In this document: one piece after another, positions 57,841 through 64,000 of the stretch
Layout of the letters: each line of letters opens with the position of its first letter
How positions within the stretch are numbered: position 1 is the stretch's first letter
From: Limnochordia bacterium
GTDB lineage: Bacteria; Bacillota; Limnochordia; DTU080
Direction of reading: 5' to 3'
Length of the DNA stretch: 64,000 nucleotides
Assembly: GCA_050951545.1 (NCBI GenBank)
Contig: JBMNJG010000002.1
Span: 1 to 64,000, forward strand
Notes under the pieces: generated by a model
Database searches by the model: none
What the model was told of the DNA's origin: nothing
The model's input: the letters and a program-made list of their open reading frames with translations, nothing else
Program-made: the position numbers and the translations under genes

Positions 57841-59134
57841 ATGATGAACACAAACAAGACGATCTGCACTGCGGCTATAGCCTGCATGATGGTCATACTG
57901 TCGGCGCTGCCATGCATCTGGGCTGCGGAAACCACACTAGTTGTTGCCACTCGACACGCGCCAAGCGACCCCGATCTGTTGGCTCTCGCTGAAGCCTTCG
58001 AAAAGGGACACCCTAACGTGAAGATCGACTTTATCTGGGAAGCGTGCATGAGCGACCAAGTCACCCATCCTCATACAGCTAAGCTGATGACCATGGTAGC
58101 CGGAGGCATCCCACCTGATGTTTCCTACGTTGGGGGCCAGAACGTATCACAGTACGCGTTGCAGGGGCTCCTTCGGCCGCTTGATGAGTACATTCGCCGA
58201 TCCCAGCTACAACCTAGTGACTTCATTCCTCCCGCCTGGCGGCAGACACAGTGGAATGGCAAGACCTATGCGATGACCATCCAAGTGGATCCGAACTTCG
58301 CGCTAGTCTGGAACAAGCTCCTGTTTGGTGAAGCTGGTCTCGATACCGAGCGCGGTCCCGCCACGATTGCTGAGTACGAATCGTTCTTCCGCAAACTGAC
58401 CCGAACAGACTCAGGTGGTGTGACCTCTCACCTGGGTGCTGCACCGTGGGACTGCTACGGCAATTCGAACACCCTGTTTACCTGGGGTTGGGCTTTCGGC
58501 GGCCAGTTCTACGATGAGGCCACGAGAAAAGTAACCGCGGCACACCCACGCATCATCGAAAGCCTCGAGTGGATGCGTAGCTATCACCAGCGTTTTAACG
58601 GCTTCGCGATCGCCAACTTCCCCAACAATAGGCTGGCCATGCGCCCGGCTGTCTCAGCGAACTTCCGCACGTGGGTCACGCAACTTCCCTGACATCCCGC
58701 TCGGAATCGGACGCATGCCCTACAAAGAAGGCGTCGGCATCACCCACGCCGAATGGATTGGCGGTTGGGCCATTGGCATTTTGCCCCAAAGTACGGAGCC
58801 TGACGTGGCCTGGGAGTTTGTGCGCTATTTCACTGCTTCGGTGGAAGGCACAACCAACTATGCCCGCTCCTCTGGTTGGATCCCTGCGTACTTGCGCTCG
58901 CAGATCTTCCGTGAGTTCTCGCGAGACCCGGCTGTAGCAGTCTACCTGGATATCGCGCAATCGGCCACAAATATCCGGCCCCCGATGCCAGCGATTATTG
59001 ATTACTTCGAGGAGCTTGACATCTGCATGAAAGACGTGCTGGCTGGACAAATCCAGCCACCTGCTGCTCTACAACGGACGCAGGAGCGCGCACAGCGTCA
59101 TCTTGATGAGGCTCTGAGCTCTCTCGCCCACTGA
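57841..59134 (+). CDS. Sugar ABC transporter solute-binding protein, split by a +1 frameshift at ~58686
   Basis: FEKGHPNVKI, AGGIPPDV, WNKLLFGEAGLD. Removing one C in CTTCCCTGAC gives ..QLPDIPLGIGRMPY.., continuing into GGWAIGI..AWEFVRY. Confidence 0.85.
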
Positions 59135-59224
59135 TGCCACTGAGATCAGACTCGTCTTCACGCAGTGCCCAGCGACCACACAGCTGCTGGGCACTACGCT
59201 CGTAACAGGGGGGGTACGCCTAAG

Positions 59225-61872
59225 ATGAGCATCACGTTAACCGATCTGCGTTGCGAATATCTGTCTAACCCGTTGGGCATCGACACGTTAGCGCCGCGAC
59301 TTAGCTGGAAGCTGCAGTCAGAGTCAGAGAGCCCAGCGAGCAGACTGCCTATCAGATTCTCGTGGCGAGCAACGCCGCTCTGCTTGCAGAAAATAGAGCC
59401 GACTTGTGGGATTCCGGCCGAGTGCGTTCTGAGCAATGCGTGCATGTGGAGTATGCTGGCCAGCCGCTATGCGCACGCCAGCGATGTTACTGGAAGATCC
59501 GCGTCTGGGATCAAGAAGGCCAGGTAAGCACCTATAGCGACGCGGCCCAGTGGGAGATGGGCTTGCTTCAAGCCGAAGACTGGATAGCCCACTGGATCAG
59601 CGGTCCGCAGTTCGGCCCGCGCTCGGTGGAGGGCGTCTGTCGAGCGCCTCTGCTACGCAAGCCATTTGCCCTTGACCGGGAGATCGACTCGGCACTGGTC
59701 TACATATGTGGACTTGGCTACTATGAGCTGTATGTGAACGGCCAGCGCATAGGCGATCGTCGTCTGGACCCAGCGTTTACCCGCTACGATCGGCGAGCTC
59801 TGTACACTACATATGATGTAACCGCCGCAGTGCGAAAAGGTACAAACGCCATCGGGGCCATCTTAGGAAACGGCTATTACAACCAACACCTGCCTGACTC
59901 CTGGGGTTTTGAGGCTGCGCCCTGGCGTGACTACCCCAAACTGATCCTGCAGTTGCACGTCAGCTTCCGCGACGGTTCAGAGACAGTGATTGCCACTGAT
60001 CCCTCATGGAGAGCGCACCCCAGCCCCATCATGTTTGACCAGCTTCGTAGCGGGGAAGTCTACGATGCTCGGGAAGAGCTTCCTGGCTGGAGTACTCCAG
60101 AATTCGACGATACGGAGTGGCAAACGACGCATGTAGTAGCCGGGCCTGGCGGTATTCTGGCCTCTCAGCTTGCACCTCCGATCAGGGTGACCAAGGACAT
60201 CACCCCGCTAGCAGTCAACGAAGTGGCCCCTGGCGTCTTCGTCTACGACATGGGTCAGAGCTTCTCGGGTTGGGTGCAACTGCGCGTATCTGGCGCTGCG
60301 GGAACCCAGGTGGCCATGCGTTACTCCGAGCTCCTCACCGATGACGGCCACATTGATCAGAAGAACATCAAAGCACACATCAAGGCCGAGCGTTTCCAGA
60401 CCGACATCTACACACTCAAAGGCCAGGGCGTCGAGGTATGGGAGCCTTGCTTCGCTTACCACGGTTTTCGCTACGTTGAGGTAACTGGCTTCCCAGGCCA
60501 GCCCGATCTCGATACACTGCGCGGCCGTTTCGTGCATACGGCCTTTGAACCCGCAGGCCAGTTCTCATGCTCCCATGAACTGCTCAACAGAATCCAGGAC
60601 TGCACGCTGCGCTCATATCTGAGCAATTTTGTCGGCATTCCTACAGATTGTCCTCATCGAGAGAAAAACGGTTGGACAGGAGACGCTCATATAGCTGCCG
60701 AGACAGGCCTCTTCAATTTCCTCGCCTCCACGGCTTATGCCAAGTGGATGCACGACTTCGCCGACGAGCAACGGCCCAGTGGGCAGCTTCCTGGCTATAT
60801 TCCCACGGCAGGAAAAGGCTACAACTGGGGCAGCGGTCCAGCCTGGGATAGCGCCTACATCCTTATCCCGTGGTATCTCTACCTATATTGCAGCGATAGG
60901 CGAGTGCTGGAGCAGCATTACGCTGGTATGAAGCGTTATGTGGATTTCATGACGACCATGGCCACCGACCACATTCTTCATTTTGGTCTCGGCGATTGGT
61001 GTCCTCCCGGCCGACCCTCTTCGGGCCACAAGACACCCACCAGTGTCACCTCGACCGCCTACTATTACGTGGATGCGCTTCTTCTATCGCGGATTGCTGC
61101 CCTATTGGGCCACCATACAGACGCAGTGACCTACCAGGAGTTGGCGCAGCAGATCAAAGCCGCCTTCAACGCCCACTTCTACGATCCGGCGAGTGGCCGC
61201 TACGCAGGAGAAGCCCAGACGTCTATGGCTTGTGCCCTCTACCAAGGACTGGTCGAGCCGGATGAGCGAGACAAAGTACTGGAGCAGCTACTGGCCTCCA
61301 TAGATGAACAGGATGGCCACATCGATTGCGGTATCCTCGGCACCAAATACGTCATGCACGCCCTGACGGAACACGGTCGGGCTGATGTCGCCTTCCGGAT
61401 CGCCACTCAAACGACCTATCCCAGTTGGGGTCACTGGATCGCGCAAGGGGCCACCACACTGTGGGAATCGTGGGATGGCATCAACTCACGCAACCACATC
61501 ATGTTTGGAGACGTCGGTGCTTGGTTCTACAAAGCCCTAGCCGGTATTAACCCTGATCCCGAGCATCCAGGCTTCAAGCACACGATTATCCGGCCGCAGC
61601 CAGTAGGCGATCTACGCTGGGCATCAGCGGAACACCGCTCCATGTATGGCACCATCCGCTCGTCGTGGAAGAAGGAGCACGGGCGCTTCACACTCCGTGT
61701 GGAGATCCCAGTTAACACTGACGCGACGGTTCACATTCCAGCCACTGGCCCTGAGACTGTACAAGAAAGTGACCGACTCGCCTCAAAGGCCGAAGGTGTC
61801 CGTTTCCTGCGCGTGGAAGATGGGCACTGCGTCTATGCGGTGGATTCTGGCAAGTATAGCTTTACCGTGTGA
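59225..61872 (+). CDS. GH78 alpha-L-rhamnosidase (frameshift at ~59320-59340)
   Basis: N-terminus TDLRCEYLSNPLGID..PRLSW in one frame, then QTAYQILVAS..LWDSG, GLGYYEL, YHGFRYVE, IPTDCPHREKNGWTGD, GATTLWESW, SRNHIMFG. Confidence 0.92.
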
Positions 61873-61938
61873 GGACCCAAAACAAGGGCAGCGAGCAGAG
61901 CTCCGCTCCTGCCCTTCTGAACTTGGAGGCCTGATGTC

Positions 61939-63687
61939 GTGCCACACGTTCTGTCGGTAGAGGGCGACCAGTTTGTAGTTGACGGCCAGCCTGCGCGTAT
62001 CTTGTCAGGGGCCATTCATTACTTCCGGGTGGTACCTGAGTACTGGTACGATCGGCTGGCCAAACTCAAAGCGTGCGGCCTGAACACCGTAGAGACATAT
62101 GTGCCCTGGAACATGCATGAGCCCCAACCCGGCAACTTCTGCTTCGAGGGCATGCTCGATATTGAACGCTTCATCCGTATCGCCGCCGAGCTAGAGCTCA
62201 TGGTGATTGTGCGTCCTGGCCCCTACATCTGCTCTGAGTGGGATCTGGGAGGGCTTCCACCATGGCTTCTGGCGGACCCGGGCATGAGAGTCCGCTGCAG
62301 TTACACGCCATATCTGCAAGCTGTCGATCGTTACTTGGATGCCCTTCTGGCACGCCTCGTGCCCCTCCAAGCTTCACATGGTGGTCCCATCATTGCCATG
62401 CAAGTGGAAAACGAGTACGGCAGCTATGGAAGCGACAAAGAATACTTGCGCTATCTTGAGCAGGCAATGCGCGCCAGAGGTATTGACGTGCTCTTGTTTA
62501 CCTCCGACGGCCCCAGTGACTCCATGCTCCAAGGGGGCACCCTGCCGCATCTGTTGAAGACAGCCAACTTCGGCTCCAATGCCAAAGGGGCGTTTGCGAA
62601 ACTGCGTGAGCATCAGCCCACTGGCCCCCTGATGTGTTGTGAGTTTTGGAACGGCTGGTTCGATCATTGGGGAGAAAAGCATCACACTCGAGACGCTCAA
62701 GACGCGGCTAAGGCTTTGGACAACATCCTGGCCCTAGGTGGCTCGGTCAATCTGTACATGTTCCATGGCGGTACCAATTTCGGCTTCATGAATGGAGCCA
62801 ATCATTCCGGAAGCAGGTATCAGCCAGACGTCACCAGTTACGACTACGATGCGGCCTTGGATGAAACGGGCGAGCCTACGGCGAAGTTCTTTGCCTTCCG
62901 TGATGTGATAGGCAAGTACGCCCCACTGCCCGATCTGGAACTGCCCCCACCCACGCCAAGAAAAGCCTATGGCGAGGTGCAACTCAGCGAAGAGGCACCG
63001 CTTTTCGCGTCACTCGAGAATTTGTCCCTTCCCAAGCGACGGCCTACGCCCGAGCCCATGGAGATGCTCGGCCAGAACTACGGCTTTGTCCTCTACCGTA
63101 CGCAGGTTGCTGGTCCCCGTGAGGAGAGTTCGTTGATCGTGCAACATCTGCGGGACCGGGCACAGGTTTTCGTAGACGGTAAGTATGTAGGTCTGCTTGA
63201 GCGCGACACCCAGCAGGCTCCGATTAAGCTGGCGTTCGGTCCTGGTTCTCACACGCTCGAGATCCTGGTGGAAAACATGGGCCGTATCAACTACGGTCCC
63301 CTGCTCCACGACCGCAAGGGCATCACCGAAGGTGTGCGGCTAGGCAATCAGTTTTTGCACACGTGGACCATCTATCCCCTGCCTCTCGATGATCTGTCTC
63401 GCCTGCGCTATGGCCCTCTGGATTTGCTACAAGGCCCTGCCTTCTACCGGGGTCATTTCGCGGTCGATGCTCCAGCAGATACCTTTTTAGCGTTGCCTGG
63501 GTGGACCAAGGGCGTCTGCTTCGTCAACGGCCTTAACCTCGGTCGCTATTGGGATACCGGTCCACAGCGTACACTCTACATCCCTGGCCCATTGCTGCGC
63601 GCAGGGGTCAACGAACTGACCATATTCGAACTGCATCAGGCGAAGCGCCCTGTCGTGGAGCTAGTCGATGCTCCCTGTTTGGGTTGA
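61939..63687 (+). CDS. GH35 beta-galactosidase
   Basis: SGAIHYFRV, GLNTVETYVPWN, RPGPYICSEW, QVENEYGSY, EFWNGWFDHWG, YMFHGGTNFG, TSYDYDA. Confidence 0.96.
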   Translation: MPHVLSVEGDQFVVDGQPARILSGAIHYFRVVPEYWYDRLAKLKACGLNTVETYVPWNMHEPQPGNFCFEGMLDIERFIRIAAELELMVIVRPGPYICSEWDLGGLPPWLLADPGMRVRCSYTPYLQAVDRYLDALLARLVPLQASHGGPIIAMQVENEYGSYGSDKEYLRYLEQAMRARGIDVLLFTSDGPSDSMLQGGTLPHLLKTANFGSNAKGAFAKLREHQPTGPLMCCEFWNGWFDHWGEKHHTRDAQDAAKALDNILALGGSVNLYMFHGGTNFGFMNGANHSGSRYQPDVTSYDYDAALDETGEPTAKFFAFRDVIGKYAPLPDLELPPPTPRKAYGEVQLSEEAPLFASLENLSLPKRRPTPEPMEMLGQNYGFVLYRTQVAGPREESSLIVQHLRDRAQVFVDGKYVGLLERDTQQAPIKLAFGPGSHTLEILVENMGRINYGPLLHDRKGITEGVRLGNQFLHTWTIYPLPLDDLSRLRYGPLDLLQGPAFYRGHFAVDAPADTFLALPGWTKGVCFVNGLNLGRYWDTGPQRTLYIPGPLLRAGVNELTIFELHQAKRPVVELVDAPCLG

Positions 63688-63742
63688 GGTTCTGGCACAA
63701 CATGACGCGCGAAAACAATATCGCCACAGGAGGTCTATTGGC

Positions 63743-64000
63743 GTGAAGCAACTGGCGTGGACGCTCTTCATATTCATACTCGCATCCTGTATGGTGCACG
63801 CTACCGAGATACCAGAGCACACCTTGGTAACGCTTGATGACAAAGAGTGGCAAGGTCCTTTTCAGCTTATGGCAGAGGGTTGCCCAGACGACGGCCCTTG
63901 CCTAAGAGCCGATGTTACGGGTGGGCAGAGTCTCCAGTCGAGACTGCTCCCAGTACAAGCAGGCGAGTTCTACGAAGCCTCTGTCTGGGTGCGCACCGAA
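63743..64000 (+). CDS. Secreted protein with CBM4/9-like start (partial, runs off window end)
   Basis: Not in the ORF track. GTG behind AGGAGG gives MKQLAWTLFIFILASCMVHA-TEIP...LPVQAGEFYEASVWVRTE, open to the end. Confidence 0.7.
   Translation, partial: MKQLAWTLFIFILASCMVHATEIPEHTLVTLDDKEWQGPFQLMAEGCPDDGPCLRADVTGGQSLQSRLLPVQAGEFYEASVWVRTE

Noticed and set aside
58684-58715. Programmed frameshift or selenocysteine read-through at CCC-TGA
   Set aside because: The downstream half is in another frame, so read-through would not work; no recoding signal is apparent, and similar insertions occur elsewhere.
1-64000. rRNA, tRNA, known riboswitches, transposases, phage or defence genes
   Set aside because: No recognisable signatures found by eye; small RNAs could be missed without covariance-model searches.

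Overview
Bacterial chromosomal window of moderately high GC with strong Firmicutes-style Shine-Dalgarno sites, almost entirely devoted to carbohydrate scavenging. It holds nine family-1 sugar solute-binding proteins (SBPs) plus a remnant, but no sugar permease, sugar ATPase or transcription factor. It also holds three PcRGLX/YetA (PL26)-like and one PL10-like large secreted lyases, two GH20, one GH78, one GH35 and several unclassified hydrolase-like genes. Other genes: a LolD/FtsX/FtsX/LolA-like/beta-barrel five-gene cluster, a DEAD-box helicase, ogt, the 5' end of a glutaminase, and a duplicated vWA + clostripain-like (C11) pair. SBPs without lipoboxes plus the beta-barrel gene suggest a diderm host, possibly a Limnochordia-like Bacillota (inference). 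Main observations: (1) a ~150-aa C-terminal domain I cannot assign, shared by all four big lyases, which also share N-terminal and Ig-like modules; (2) a 152-aa in-frame 'miniature' of the PL10 gene made of four separated pieces; (3) the vWA(..PGRSRGIxW)/C11 peptidase cassette; (4) repeated duplication-then-deletion remnants. Several single-base-insertion frameshifts look like sequencing errors. No rRNA, tRNA, CRISPR or transposase was seen. All family calls come from motif recognition by eye; no searches were run.
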